Below are positions 1 to 13,143 of a stretch of 64,000 nt of DNA, one piece after another. Location: NCBI RefSeq assembly GCF_018350175.1, contig NC_058371.1, forward strand, positions 103,292,001 through 103,356,000, given 5' to 3'. Under the pieces are notes generated by a model. The model was not told the origin of the DNA, did no database searches, and saw nothing but the letters and a program-made list of their open reading frames with translations. The position numbers and the translations under genes were made by a program. Positions within the stretch are counted from its first letter, which is position 1. Each line of letters opens with the position of its first letter. The DNA is from Felis catus. Lineage: Eukaryota.

Positions 1-200
1 TAATAGACCTTACTAGAGAAGTTTTAGGTTACAGAGAAATTGTCAGGAATGTAAGGAGAGTTCCCATATATTTCCCCTGCCCTGACACACACACACTTTC
101 CTTTATTATTCACATCTTGTATTAGCATGGTTCATGTGTTACAATCGATGAGCCAATATTGATACACTATCATTGAGCTCTTTATTTTACATTTGGATTC

Positions 201-390
201 TTTTTTTTTTAAGTTTACTTATTTATTTTAAGAGAGAGACAGAGAGGGAGAGAGAGAGAATCCCGAGCAGGCTTCGCACTGTCAGTACAGAGTTCAATGG
301 GGGGTGCTCCAGCTTAGGAACCATGAGATCATGACCTGAGCCAAAATCAAGGGTTGGACACTTAACCGACTGAACCACTCAGGTGCCCCC
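201..390 (-). mobile_element. Can-SINE
   Basis: poly(T), (GA)n, tRNA-derived head ending caggtgcccc. Confidence 0.9.
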
Positions 391-943
391 CTTTCACTTC
401 TTTGTGTTGTACATTCTTTAAGTGTTTTGACAAAGATGTATATCTTTGTATTGTACATTATATGTGTTTGGACAAATGTATAATGACACTTGTCCACCAT
501 TATAGTGTCATACATATAGTGGCACTGTCCTAAAATTCCTCTGTGTTCTGCTTATTCATCAGTCTCTTCCTTCCCCCAGTCATGATTGTTTTACTGTCTT
601 CAGAGTTTTGCTTTTTCCAGGATGTCATATAGTTGGAATCATATGGTATGTAGCCATTTGGGGCTGGATTTCTTCATTTAATAATGTAAATTTAGGCTTC
701 CTTCATGTCCTTTTGTGGCTTGATATCTCATTTATTTTTAATGTTCAGAAGTGTTCCATTGTATAGATACACCACAGTTTATCTATTTACCTTTTGAAGG
801 ACAGGTTGCTTCCAAATTTTGGCAATTATGAATAAAGCTGCTATAAATATTTGTGTGCAGGTTTTTGTGTGGACATAAATTTTTGACTCATTTGAATAAA
901 CACCTGGTAGCATGATTCCTGTTTGTATAATGAATATGTTTAG

Positions 944-962
944 TTTTTTTTTTAATGTTTCT

Positions 963-1000
<38 letters not shown>

Positions 1001-1154
1001 TGAGCAAGTGGAGGAGAGGCAGAGAGAGGGAGACAGAAAAATCCAAGAGGAGCAGGCTGCTGTCTGTCAGCGCAGAGCCTGATGCAGGGCTTGAACTCTC
1101 AAGTTGTGAGATCATGATCTGAGCTGAAATCAAGAGTAGGCTGCACAGGTGCCC
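944..1154 (-). mobile_element. Can-SINE (short deletion in head)
   Basis: poly(T), (GA)n, gagatcatgatctgagctgaaatcaagagt. Confidence 0.88.
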
Positions 1155-1196
1155 TTAGTTTTCTTTCTTCTTCTCCCTTCTCCCTTTTCCCTTCTC

Positions 1197-1381
1197 NNNN
1201 NNNNNNNNNNNNNNNNNNNNNNNNNNNNNNNNNNNNNNNNNNNNNNNNNNNNNNNNNNNNNNNNNNNNNNNNNNNNNNNNNNNNNNNNNNNNNNNNNNNN
1301 NNNNNNNNNNNNNNNNNNNNNNNNNNNNNNNNNNNNNNNNNNNNNNNNNNNNNNNNNNNNNNNNNNNNNNNNNNNNNNNNN
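1197..1381. other. Assembly gap
   Basis: Run of N after a CT-rich tract. Confidence 1.
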
Positions 1382-1725
1382 TAAAGCAGTTGTGCCATTT
1401 TACATTGCTACCAGCAATGAATGAGAGTTCCTATTGTTTCACATCCTCCCAGAATTTTATATTGTCAGTGTTTTGGGTTTTGGCCAATTCTAATGGATGT
1501 GGAATGGGATCTCATTGTTGTCTTAATTTGCAATTCCCCAATGACATACAATTGAACATTTTTTCATTGCTTATTTGCAAATTGTACATCTTCTTAGGTA
1601 AGACATCTATTGAATCTTCTGCTCATTTTGTTTTCTTAAAGTTTTAATAACTCTTTGTATCTTTTATATACCAGCAAAGATTTTCTCCCAGTCTGTGGTT
1701 TGTCTTTTCATTTTCTTCATAGTAA

Positions 1726-1952
1726 TTTTTTTTTTTAATGTTTATTTTTACTTTTGAGAGAGAGAGACAGAGAGAGACAGAGACAGAGTGTGAGCAGGGG
1801 AGAAGCAGAGAAAGAGGGAGACACAGAAGCTGCAAAACAGGTTCCAGGCTCTGAGCTGTTAGCACAGAGCCAGACATGGGGCTTGAACTCATGAACTGTG
1901 AGATCATGACCTGAGCTGAAGTTGGACACTTAACCAACTGAGCCACCCAGAT
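1726..1952 (-). mobile_element. Can-SINE (felid SINEC_Fc-like)
   Basis: caggctctgagctg..agcacagagcc..gagccacccag. Confidence 0.9.
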
Positions 1953-3683
1953 ACTACCACAGTATCTTTTCATAACAGAAGTTTTTAAATTTTAATGAAG
2001 TTTTTACATCGTCAGACTTCCCTTTTATGGATTGGTGCTTTTGGTATGGTATCCAAGAAAGCCATCACCAAACTCACGGTCCTCTAAGGGTAACCTTGTT
2101 ATCTTCTAGAAATTTTATAATTTTGCATTTATATTAGGTCTGTAATCCATTTTGAAAAATTATTCTTTGAAAGGTTTACACCTTTCAAACCTACTTTATT
2201 TTTAATAAGTGTATGTCCAGTTGTTCCAGCACCACTTCTCTGATGAAAAGCTTTTGCTCTTCTTTTAATTTAACTTATTTTTTTAATGAAAATTCTTGCA
2301 GATTGCTTTTGAATGAAGAAATGACTTCAATGAATTTGTATCTTATGGAGTCATAGGTCCAATGAAGTATAGAGATAACATTTTATAGAAGTTAGCTGCT
2401 CAAAAATTGTATTACTTTTGTTGAAAAAAATTGTATTACTTTCTCTGGAATGTTTAGTTACCGTCATGAAAATTGTAAATAAATAATATATGACTTAATA
2501 TAATACAATACAATAATATAAATATAATTATTGTAAATAAATAATATTTGAGATTTCAAATACAAGTGAATGGTTTTACTGACATCCAGTCTGAAAACAA
2601 GTTTGTCAGTTTTTTTCAATAATTAAAAATCATTTCCTTGTTTTGTACTTCTTTTCTCTCATCATGTGGTGAGAGATTCTTGCATACCACATTTTATGAT
2701 TTCCTGGGCATTAAACATGAAGTTCATATAAAGATAAGATCATTTTAATTGAAATCATGCAGACAGCCTAGAGTTAAATTTGGTACCAGGAGTGGAAAAA
2801 CAACTGAATTGCTAAATTGGAAAATTATCTCAGGAACAGAATATGGTTATCACAGCAGCTGGCCACATAAATGATTGCTAGGCTAAACAAATGTTATCTT
2901 GATTAGTTCACTGGCAATTCCAACTAGAATGATGTGGTACTTGAAAGTCGCCATGGTCAGAAATGTGGCTATTCGGGGAGAATACTGTTTGCTACTTATA
3001 CAGGTCACTTGTGTTTCAGGAACAAAGTCTTCTATTTATTTGGTGCCAGAAAAATATAGGTCAAATCACCTCATGCTCTCTTATTTATTAAGCTTATGAC
3101 TCTGAACTCTGACTTGTTGAAACTACCTTGTCTCAAAGTTAGGATTGGAGTCATTTTCAGCAAGCAAGTCTTTATGCTTCCCATAAAAAAAAAAAAGCAT
3201 TTTTCATTTATAATAAATTATACATGATATTTCTCAGATGACGTTTTCTGGATAGGTCTTGATGACACAACTATTTTGAGTCTTAGAATGAATGTCCTGT
3301 AAGAGTTTTCTTTGTTTTGGTTTTAAGGCTTCCTCTGGATTTGATGGATCCCACATGACATTGTAAATTTCTGTCCAGTATTTTACTAAAGTTTTATAAA
3401 GCAGAATACATCCTAGTTCCTGTAGCAATAGAGAATGAAGGTGGTTTTTATTTTTCTAAAATTTTACTTGCATTCCTTCATGTCCTGGGGATTCCAAAGA
3501 CTTGTAGTAGGTAGAACATCCTTGGATTTTCATCATATATATCTCCACTAAATAAATCTTATAAAATTTTAATTTTATCCTGAAATGTACATCAGACCTG
3601 GAATTTATTTCATGGTCTTGAGGGTTTTCAAACTTTTTTACTTATGTTTTTAGACCTTGTTTCTTTTTAGCTATTTGGCTACA

Positions 3684-4267
3684 CAGTCAATCCTGCTATA
3701 ATGTGATATGTGTGTTCCTCAAATTCAACGTGCTATGCAAAATTGCTCAGTAAAAACTGAGGCTTATGGGAAAAATGGGGTTAGGGACACGATGTGAAAG
3801 ATCTTCAGTGGCGTATAAAATAAAAGAATCTAATAAAAACGGTAGTAGTTTTACACATATTAAATGGTTGGGAAATACATAAATACTGTAATAAATATGT
3901 CAATTTAGTTTTAAAAAGACCTAAAGCTTGCTTGTTGGAAGTGTTTGTCAGAAGGGTTGTAACTTGTGCGTTCCAGTGAGGTAGCAGAAGGAGGGTTATC
4001 TGAAATTGGATGGAAGGTTGTAAAACACAAAATGGGTGGGTATGTCTCATAACACACATGGTGAACTGAAGTAGGTGGTAGATATTTGAGGTGGGTGTGT
4101 TTTGTGTATTTCTGTGTGGCTCAATTCAACTAGGTGCAGTTTACTTCATCCTCTTAGTGTTTCTGGAAGGCAACATTTGTGCAAGCGGTTGCAAAATTGG
4201 TGTTAATCTGAAATTGTTCCCTAGTCACATTGGAACATCAGAACAAACATCATAGCAGAACAAACTG
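3684..4267. mobile_element. TcMar-Tigger-type non-autonomous DNA transposon relic
   Basis: Imperfect terminal inverted repeats CAGTCAATCCTGCTATA / CATAGCAGAACAAACTG, followed by TA on the right. Confidence 0.65.
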
Positions 4268-5504
4268 TATACACTTGAAATACTGATGCCTTTATAGCTT
4301 TATAAAAGTGTAACTTTTCTTAAATTCCTTATCCAACCCAACATGGTCCCTACCCTTCAAATACCTGCCATTCTCTGCAAAAAGACGTATCTGGACATGT
4401 TTTCGTATTTAAGGAGTAGGTGCCAAAATGCTCACCCATTTATACTTTGCTCTTTGTCTACTACTTTTTTCTGAATCTGTTACTAACTTCATTGATCTGT
4501 CCACATCGCACTTTCTTCTTGCTCTTTGATTAGTCATTTCCCAGCATTTCCTTTGACATTTAGCTTTGGCTCAGCCTTGCCGTATGGCCAGTTTTCTCAT
4601 GGCCACTTGGAATAGGCCTATTCTAACTTGGCTCGGCCTGCAGAAACCATGCTTGGCCTTCCTGGTTGCTCTGCCCCCTGGGCACAAGTGAACCTGTGGT
4701 TTCAGGCATTGCCCTGTGAGGTATTTGAAGTGTCCGATTGGCTGACACTGGCTTGGGAAGAAACCCCAGCCCTATATTTCTGATTCTATACCTGGTGATG
4801 ATAGTGTGGCTGCTTTATCCCAGAATCCATCTCAGCACAGTGCTCCAGGCAGCCACTGTGGATCTGTTGGAATTGGCATACAAGTTGAAAGCTTTTCCCC
4901 ATCTCTGTTTTAAACTGTTATCTGTGTTTCTGTGGTACGTGGCTTCCAGGAGGCCCCGAACCAGGGCCCTAGGTAGGTTAATAGGTAGATGCAGAAGGTT
5001 GGCCACATACATACCTTAGGTCATCAGTTTTGGTCAGCGGTTCACTTGAGATATCCCCATCAGTTCATCAGGCCAGTCCCTCTTGTCATCACCATAGACA
5101 GAGAACACTGTCCATGCTCTGCCTGGTAGAGAAGAGAGCCCATCGACAGCCCAATAGGGTGATCTGCTGCCTGACAGCCTGGAAGGTGATTATGCCGCCT
5201 GCACCACAGGCCATGCTCAGAGCAGGAGCCTTCTCCTACCTTCTCCTTACAAGGTACCACCATTGCCTCATGAGCACTGGCTGTATTCTCAGGTCCCAGG
5301 CAGTGGGTATACTTCCTGTCAGATCCAGAGACTCCTGTGCTTCAGACAGACAGAGAAACCTATAGCCAGGGACTAGCTTTATCAGGTATACCTACAATGC
5401 TTAAGTACAGGATAAGGGAAAAGAAGGCTTTGTTTTTGCATTGGCTAGAATTTTCAGAGGACTGTTAAATAATAGTGGTATAAGAAATTTTGTCTTACTC
5501 CTGA

Positions 5505-5723
5505 TTTTATTTATTTATTTTTAATTTTTTTAAATGTTTATTTGTTTTTGACAGAGAGACAGAGTGCAAGTGGAGAGGGCCAGAGAGAGAGAGGGACACA
5601 CAGTATCCAAAGCAGGCTCCAAGCTGTTGGCACAGAGACTGACACGGGGCTGGAACTCATGACCCACAAGATCATGACCTGAGCTGAAGTTGGACGCTTA
5701 ACTCAGAGCCACCCAGGGGCCCC
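5505..5723 (-). mobile_element. Can-SINE
   Basis: TSD gtcttactcctgatttta / gtcttattactgatttta. Confidence 0.9.
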
Positions 5724-5850
5724 GTCTTATTACTGATTTTAATGTCAATGTTTATGTATTTCATCATTAAGTATATTGGCTGTGATTTAAATTGGCTATT
5801 ATTTTCATATTGGAATAATATCCTTTATTCTTAAGAATGTGGTGAGAAGC

Positions 5851-6030
5851 GGGGCATTGAGTGGCTCAGTCGGTTTAGCGTCCGACTCTTGATTTCTGTT
5901 CAGGTCATGATCTGATGGTTCTTGAGTTCCAGCCCTGTGTTGGACTCTGCTCTGGAAGAGCAGAGAGCCTGCTTGGGATTGTCTCCCTCTCTCTGCCCTT
6001 CCCCTGCCTTTCAAAATAAACATGAAAAAA
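5851..6030 (+). mobile_element. Can-SINE
   Basis: ggggc head with A/B boxes; TSD aagaatgt(g/a)gtgagaag. Confidence 0.9.
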
Positions 6031-6903
6031 GAATGTAGTGAGAAGTGAAGCCAATCAAATGGAGTTAAGTCAGATGATATTTCATTTTTTAAAATCTTCT
6101 TGAGTTTTTGAAGGAGAAATCCCATTTTCAATTCTACGTATTTCTCTTTTTCATCTAATAAGTAAAGACAAAGAAAAGATAACATTTTACTTCCCCTGCT
6201 TCCTATTCCTACTTCCCAAGTTTTTTTGATCTGGTATTAAAATCATTAGCATGGACTTCATACATTAATTTTCAGATTCAATAATAGAATTTTTTTACTG
6301 TTGGGTTTTTGAGTTCCTGATTTTGATTACTTGGTCAATTGGGAAAATCTTCATCAATGAAAGTAACTAAAAATCTGGATAAGCATTTTATAAAGTGTAG
6401 ATAATAGCCCAAGATGCCTGAGAAGCTAATAAGAAAGTACGTATTTAAGTTCGTTTCTATCTGTAGTCCCAGAAAAAATAATATACTTGGTGCTGAAAGA
6501 AAAGCTGTTCTTGTAGAAGCTGTTTATTGTTTTTTGAGAAGTCTTGGAGAATAGGGCAAATGAAATCCCCAGTGGGAAAAAGGTAGATTTTGGAAATTAT
6601 CAAATTCTTTAACTACAGAATTTGGTGATGAAATATCAAGACACATTGCTTGAGAGTGGTTAGGAAGGTGGCAAACACTAGAAACCAATAGGGTGTGATA
6701 GAGCTTGGGTTTGGCCAGATGTGGTTTTTAATGGTTATGTTAGCCCAGAAGAGGCTTGCAAATCTGAAACTCTGTACCCATAAAACAGCTCTTCATGTCC
6801 TCCTCTCCTCAGCCCCTGGTAACTATCGTTCTGCTTTCTGTTTAGCTACTTTAGATACCTCACATAAGTGGAATCATACAGTGTTTGTTTTTTTGTGGCT
6901 GGA

Positions 6904-7056
6904 NNNNNNNNNNNNNNNNNNNNNNNNNNNNNNNNNNNNNNNNNNNNNNNNNNNNNNNNNNNNNNNNNNNNNNNNNNNNNNNNNNNNNNNNNNNNNNNNN
7001 NNNNNNNNNNNNNNNNNNNNNNNNNNNNNNNNNNNNNNNNNNNNNNNNNNNNNNNN
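6904..7056. other. Assembly gap
   Basis: Run of N. Confidence 1.
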
Positions 7057-7464
7057 TTTTGGGACAGAGAGAGACAGAGCATGAACGGGGGAGGGTCAGA
7101 GAAAGAGGGAGACACAGAATCGGAAACAGGCTCCAGGCTCTGAGCCATCAGCCCAGAGCCTGACGCGGGGCTCGAACTCACGGACCATGAGATCGTGACC
7201 TGGCTGAAGTCGGACGCTTAACCGACTGCGCCACCCAGGCGCCCCATTTTTTTAAATTTTTCTTAATGTTTACTTATTTTTGAGAGAGATAGAGACAGAG
7301 CATTAGCAGGGAGGGGCAAGGAGAGAGGGAGACACAGAATCTGAAGCAGGCTCCAGGCTCTGAGCTGTCAGCAGTGAGCCTGATGGGGCTCTAACCCATG
7401 AACTGTGAAATCGTGACCTGAGCTGAAGTCAGACACTTAACCGACTGAGCCACCCAGACACCCC
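7057..7464 (-). mobile_element. Two adjacent Can-SINEs (7057-7245 young, CpG-rich; 7247-7464)
   Basis: Two complete head-to-tail copies. Confidence 0.9.
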
Positions 7465-8099
7465 TCCTTCCTTTTTAAAGCTGAATTTTATTTCATTTTA
7501 TTTATACATCGTATTTGGTTTATCCATTCATCTGTTGCTGAACATTTGGGTTGCTTCTGCTTCTTAGTTATGGTGAATAATGTTGTTATGGACATGGGCA
7601 TGGAAACGTTCTTTTTTTTTTTTTTTTTTTTTTTTTGGATCCTGCTTTCAGTTCTTTTGGGTATATACCTAGAAGGGAGTTTCCTGGATCATGTTATTGG
7701 ATTTATTTATTTATTTAAGGAACCTCCATAGTATTTTCCACAGTGGTTGCACCATTTTACAGTCCCACCAGTCGTGCACAAAGGTTCCAATTTTTCCACA
7801 TCCTTGCCAACACTTGTTAGTATTTTTTTTAATACCAGCCTCTAATGGGTGTGAGGAATAGATGATATTTTAAGATACACAGTCACACCTAGAGTGATGG
7901 AGAAATGCTTATGTGATGAAATTAAATATGGCTAAATGTAAAGCCAATTTTTGAAGTCTGAGATGGGGGATGGATACCAGACTTGATATTGACTCACATG
8001 TAATTATCTTAAGCGTTTACTTGATTTACATGTACATTTTGGCTAGCGGTATTGCTTGGCAGCTAGATCAAAAACCCAGACCACAATAAAAGAATTGGG

Positions 8100-8400
8100 G
8101 TGTTGAGATCATGGGAGAGAATAGTGCTGTTGTACTTTTCACTGGTCAGACCACATCTGGAGGGTCATGTCCCATTCTGGTGTTAGCTGTGAGTGTGGAA
8201 ATTGGTAAACAGCTGACATTCAACAGACTCAGAGTAGCCATACACAGAAAGGGACTGAAAACTGTGATCTGTCAATCAGTCAGTTGAGAGAATTGGTGCT
8301 CTTAACCTGAGGAAGACCAGAATCATAGTTGTCTTCATATAATTTAACATGTTTTCATGAGGAAGATGGTGAGGGCTTAGCTTTCCTGTTTGAGGACAGG
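8100..8400 (+). mobile_element. CR1/L3 LINE relic
   Basis: cactggtcagaccacatctggag..tgtcccattctgg resembles the CR1 ORF2 3' motif (LVRPHLEY-type). Confidence 0.6.
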
Positions 8401-8942
8401 GCTAAAAACCAAACCAAACCAAACCAAAACAACATGTGGATTTGGAGAGAATCATGTTTCTAATGAACATGAGAAAAACCTGTCAGTGGGGTAGAGTCAC
8501 CTTTGTGGGAAGTGTTTGAGCTTAGGCCAGGAGGAAGTAGGATGGGTGCGGAACAGGATATTCATCTGCGAGATGGAAACCTGACAAGATGGAGCCATGC
8601 AAAATCTGTTCTGGGCCTTCTTCTATGAGCAAGAGAGTCCGAGAAGCTAGACAAAAACCAGTTCCATACACAAAAACCCTGAAATCTAGTAGTGTCCATT
8701 TTTGTCTACCCAGTCTCAACCCTGCCTGGAACTCTGAGCTAATAAATTCTTCCCATAGGAAGAGTCTGGACGGCTGAGAATCTGCTATGAGCTGACGATG
8801 AGCTACACTCTTGTTCCAAAGGGCTGTCAAGTGCCATACAGAGCCTAAGACCTAACCCATAGCTGACCTCTCTATGCTTGTTCTCAATATTTCCTGTTTC
8901 ACACTTAACTTTTTTTATTATCATTTTACATTGCATTCACCG

Positions 8943-8967
8943 CCCCCCCCCCCCCCCCCCCCCCCCC
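8943..8967. repeat. Poly(C) run of about 25 nt
   Basis: Seen directly. Confidence 0.95.
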
Positions 8968-9355
8968 GGCCCAAGTGTGTCTTTGCTTTTTGCTAGTCGC
9001 TTTACTCAGACTATCCTTCTTTCTCTCCTATTCCTGCCAGGCTGACCTAGGGGCCCCTCCTCATTACTCTCTGAACACCTGAGGCAGGCTGCTGTTCCTG
9101 AGTGTACTGCACTTTGGGGTATCTGTCCCCACATGCTGGACTGTGCACTCCTTGATGGTGACTACATGTTGTTGATGTGTGCACCCTAGTGCCTAGTAAG
9201 TGTTTGCTTGACACATGGAGTTGCTTATGGCTTATGGAATAATAGAAGAGCTGAATCTATGTATTGTTTTCAGTTTAGGTCATAGCATTATATTGTTCTA
9301 GAAACCTTAATCTGTTGAAATGCGCAGGCTGAATCTTGGAGCAGGAGACCAGTAG

Positions 9356-9520
9356 GCCCTCCTCTCCCCTCCTCTCCCCTCCTCTCCCCTCCTCTCTCTG
9401 GCTTCTCCTCCCTCTTCCTTCACTTTCTTCTCCTTCCCTCCTCTTCCTGCTCCTCTTCATCATTTCTACTTCTTTCCTTCCTCTCTCCTTCCTCCTTCTT
9501 CCTACCCCTCTTCCCCCTTA
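9356..9520. repeat. CT-rich low-complexity polypyrimidine tract
   Basis: (CCTCT)n-like units. Confidence 0.9.
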
Positions 9521-10114
9521 CACAGTGTTCTCATGCAGAATTTGGCAGGGTTTTTCTATTCTGTAATTCATGCATCTGTTAACCAAGCCCAAGTATTTCC
9601 AAGACCTCAGATGTATAGATCTTAACAGAGATCCAAGATCACTTGTGTGTTGTTGACATGAGAGGTTTTTTTTTTTTCCAGTATGGCAAATGAGGTTCAA
9701 ATATACCTTGTTCGATTTCTACACATTCGTCTTTTTATTTACTTGTCTTTCTAGTTTTTTGTATTTGTGCCAGTCTCCTGATGCCAACCATCTGTTGATT
9801 CTTTAATATTACAGTGACACAGGCTCTGTTTGTATTCAGGGTAGTTTACGTTTTTATGTTTTTGCCAAGACCTTTTGCTGTTATTATGTGGTAAATTAAA
9901 TGTGAGAACAACAGGCGGGCTAGAAGTCTCTTTACGAACAGCTTGATTTATTTGTATCTGGGCATATAAGCTGTTGTGCGGTTACTCAGTTTTTGGTCTG
10001 TTTTAGTAACAGATTGTAGCTGTAATGTATGTATAGTATAACAAAGCAGATTTAATGAATTTTTTCTAAAGTTACTTGTGGTATTTTCTACAAGTCAAAA
10101 ACACTTTCATTCAT

Positions 10115-10309
10115 AGGGCACCTGGCTGGCTCAGTCAGTTGAGCGTCTGACTCTTGATTTCCGCTCAGATCATGATCTTAGGATGCATGGGATCAAGACC
10201 TGCATCAGGCTTCAATGCTTACAGCATGGAGCCTGCTTGGGATTTTCTCCCTCTCTTTCTCTCTGCCCTCCCCAGTTTGCACTTTCTCTCTCTCAAAATA
10301 AACAAAACT

Positions 10310-10343
<34 letters not shown>

Positions 10344-10345
10344 AA
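10115..10345 (+). mobile_element. Can-SINE with (AAC)n tail
   Basis: gggcacctggctggctcagtc head; (CT)n; AATAAA; (AAC)n. Confidence 0.9.
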
Positions 10346-11239
10346 ACCCCACTAGCATTCATGTAACTTCTTTGCATACAATGGAGGCTGTCCAAACATT
10401 GCTGAAACCTTGCATAAAATTCTACCTGAGAAATTCCATGTTTTCTTTTTAAATGAAGAAGATTAATGTTCATGGGTTTGAGTAAATTCCATCTAATGAT
10501 TTGGCCTATAATTTCCTTACTGTATGATAAATGACTATACTGAAAGTACTTTGTTCTTTAAAGAACTTTTAGGACAGCTTAGATAATTAAGGTTCTGCCG
10601 TGCATTTTTGTTACTTTGTAACTCTGATTAACGGATCATGTTTTTAATAAAATCTTCCCTTCTGCTAGGCCCTAGAGATCAGTCAAAACACTTACATATT
10701 CTTTTGTCTGCATTTAAGTTGGTTTTGTAGTTTACAAATCTTATAGAAATTTCAAAACCCAAAAGAAGGCTATGTTGACATATTGCCCATGCTTGCGCAT
10801 TGTCTCCAATTTGCGTATTAATAAGTAGATTGGGGTGACCAAGAGAGGAATATATTCTTATGTATAGAAGAGGCTGTATCTCGGTATCTTAGATCTTAGT
10901 ATCAAGTCCTGTTTTTTATCTATGGGCTTTCCTCCCAGGTCAAAGGGAGTGTGGGAGTAGTTCTCTCCAGAGGAAATCTATTTTCTTAAGAGTTGTAGTG
11001 CTGAGCAGCATTTTTATAGAGCACCTACTGTCCATGCTACCATTTACAGGGTTAGCACCTTAAGGATCTCTGTTCCCATATGAATTAGCATGTTTTTGTT
11101 TAATTCTGTGGCATTGCATTTTCCTTTGGTAACATTGGCAGAGCACCTGTCATCATTCTAATAAATTTGTCACATCTCTGTGGAGAAAAAGAACTCTAAT
11201 GGGTTGTCTAATCACCTTTTTACCTCTAGATTCATAGAC

Positions 11240-11600
11240 CTTTGTATAGAAACCTAACTCCAAAAAGCTCTGAAAACCAAATTTCTTTTATATGTGTGTG
11301 TGTCTATCTATCTGTCTATCTATCTATCTATCTATCTATCTATCATCTATCTATCTATATCTTATTTAACAGCAAAACCTGACTTGAACTTATATAAGGC
11401 TGTTTGTAGTCTTTTGTTTTTATCCTATTTAGCATGACTATTCGTACATTTAGTGTAGAAATATGGATGTGTCTGATTATGGGATGGTGTTCCAAACTTT
11501 GCAGAAAATGTTACATAAATAGTGTATGCACAATATTATCTTTCTAAAATAAATCAGCCTTCCAGAATATCATTTGGTTAAAAAATTGTGATGTTGTATA
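11240..11600. mobile_element. Tigger/MER46-like DNA transposon relic containing (TCTA)n at ~11302-11358
   Basis: ccaaaaagctctgaaaacc..aaaacctgacttgaac resembles recalled consensus; microsatellite seen directly. Confidence 0.45.
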
Positions 11601-11669
11601 GGGACATTTCCAATTCCTGTTTAGGTAAAAGCTCAAGAACTATAGGTATTTCTAAAGACATTTAAAAAA

Positions 11670-11866
11670 TTTTTTTTAATGTTTATTTTTGAGAGAGAGG
11701 AGAGAGACAGAGCATGAGTGGGGGAGGGGCAGAGAGAGAGAGGGAGTCACAGAATCTGAAGCAGGCTCCAGGCTTTGAGCTGTCAGCACAGAGCCTGATG
11801 TGGGGCTCAAACTTAGTAAACCATGAGATCATGACCTGAGCTGAAGTCTGACGCTCAAGGCGCCCC
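11670..11866 (-). mobile_element. Can-SINE
   Basis: TSD aggtatttcta on both sides. Confidence 0.9.
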
Positions 11867-12899
11867 GAGGTATTTCTATAGGAGAGAACCATTAAAGGTG
11901 AGTATAGTAGGCTAACAATATATGAGTAGAGCAGGAGGTTTTAGAGTCAGTAAGGGTTCTTTGTTATTGAAGATACAATGTTACGCATATTCGTGAGACA
12001 GAAAATAATACCCACACATGTAAGGAGTTTTGTCTTAGAACAGCAGTTCATTGCTTCTGACATCCTGATGTCTGCATCACCCCGTGAACACAATTGGAAG
12101 ATGAAGTCATGGGTCCAGTGACCTGATCATTAGGGTTTTATATTAGAGTTTTTGTGTGTGCGTTGAGCAAGTTTTTCTCATTTTTGTGTTAACAGCTGAA
12201 GTGAGATGCCCTCGACAAAGAAGGTGTTTTGTTGCTTTGTAATTTTAAATGACTTATCTTTAAAGGTAGTTTGTTGCAAACTTAAAAACACTTCTTCAAG
12301 GGAAGCCTAGATTTGTAAGCATACTTTTAAAAACCCAAACTAATATTACATAGTAGCTTTTGAGCATCAATTTCCTCAACTGCTCTTTATTGTGTTGTAC
12401 ATCTGTGCTTTTAATGGTTTATTATGTCTTTACAAGGTGAAAAAGTAATAGAAAAATATTTATAGTCAATAGTTTCCTTATGTGTTAAATTCTTGATGCA
12501 AATTTGATATCTCTATTATACTAGTGAAAGTATACTGGCAGCTGTATAATAAATGTAAAAAAAAAAAATAACCCCATAATTGAAGGTTTAAGATTTGGGG
12601 AAAACTGATGAAATGGGAAATGTAGAAACAAGTTTTTCGTTTGTTTGTTTGTAATTTTATAAGAGGAACTGATTATCTGTGTAACCCAAGAATTAGTGTT
12701 AAAATTTGTAAATATGTAGTAGGCCCCTTCCTTATTCTTTTCCTCCCTTCCTTCGTTTAATGTAAGGCTGAATCCCTCACGTTAAACATATTTATATTAC
12801 CCTTAAAGGCTTAAAGGCATATTTTTACATAACTGCTATTGTGTAGATTGTAAATCACAACTGTCATCTCCTCCGAAGTGAAAGAAGCAAGAAAATGAG

Positions 12900-13142
12900 G
12901 ATCTCGCTTGGTCCGATTGCTTCAAGGAGCTGGAATCTGGCCGACACCCTGAATGAGCTTAGAAGCAGACTCCTACACACACTTCCCCATACACCCTGAG
13001 CAGAGGATCCAGTGACACCTTTCCAGACTTCTGGCCTCCAGAACTTTGAGATAAGAAATGAGTATTGTTTTAAGCTATGCGGTTTGTGGTAACTGTTATG
13101 CAGCAGTAGAAAACAAATACAGATTTTGGTACCGGGAGTTGG
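12900..13142 (+). mobile_element. MaLR MLT1 LTR 3' part plus start of internal region
   Basis: cagacttctggcctccagaact..gtttgtggtaa..gcagcagtagaaaacaaataca then gattttggtacc. Confidence 0.75.
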
Positions 13143-13143
13143 G

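Larger units (their letters stand above)
1..2240 (-). mobile_element. Old L1 3' region (L1MC/L1MB-like) interrupted by three Can-SINEs and a gap
   Basis: Typical antisense L1 text (atgaataaagctgctataaatatttgtgtgcaggtttttgtgtggacata; ccagttgttccagcaccac). Confidence 0.75.
6755..7860 (-). mobile_element. L1 (L1MA/MB-like) 3' fragment containing a gap and two tandem Can-SINEs
   Basis: ataagtggaatcataca; tttatccattcatctgttg; aggaacctccatagtattttccacagtggttgcaccattttaca. Confidence 0.75.

Noticed and set aside
4815-5012. Faint resemblance of GKAFNLYANS to retroviral RNase H
   Set aside because: Catalytic and flanking motifs not recoverable by eye; insufficient support.
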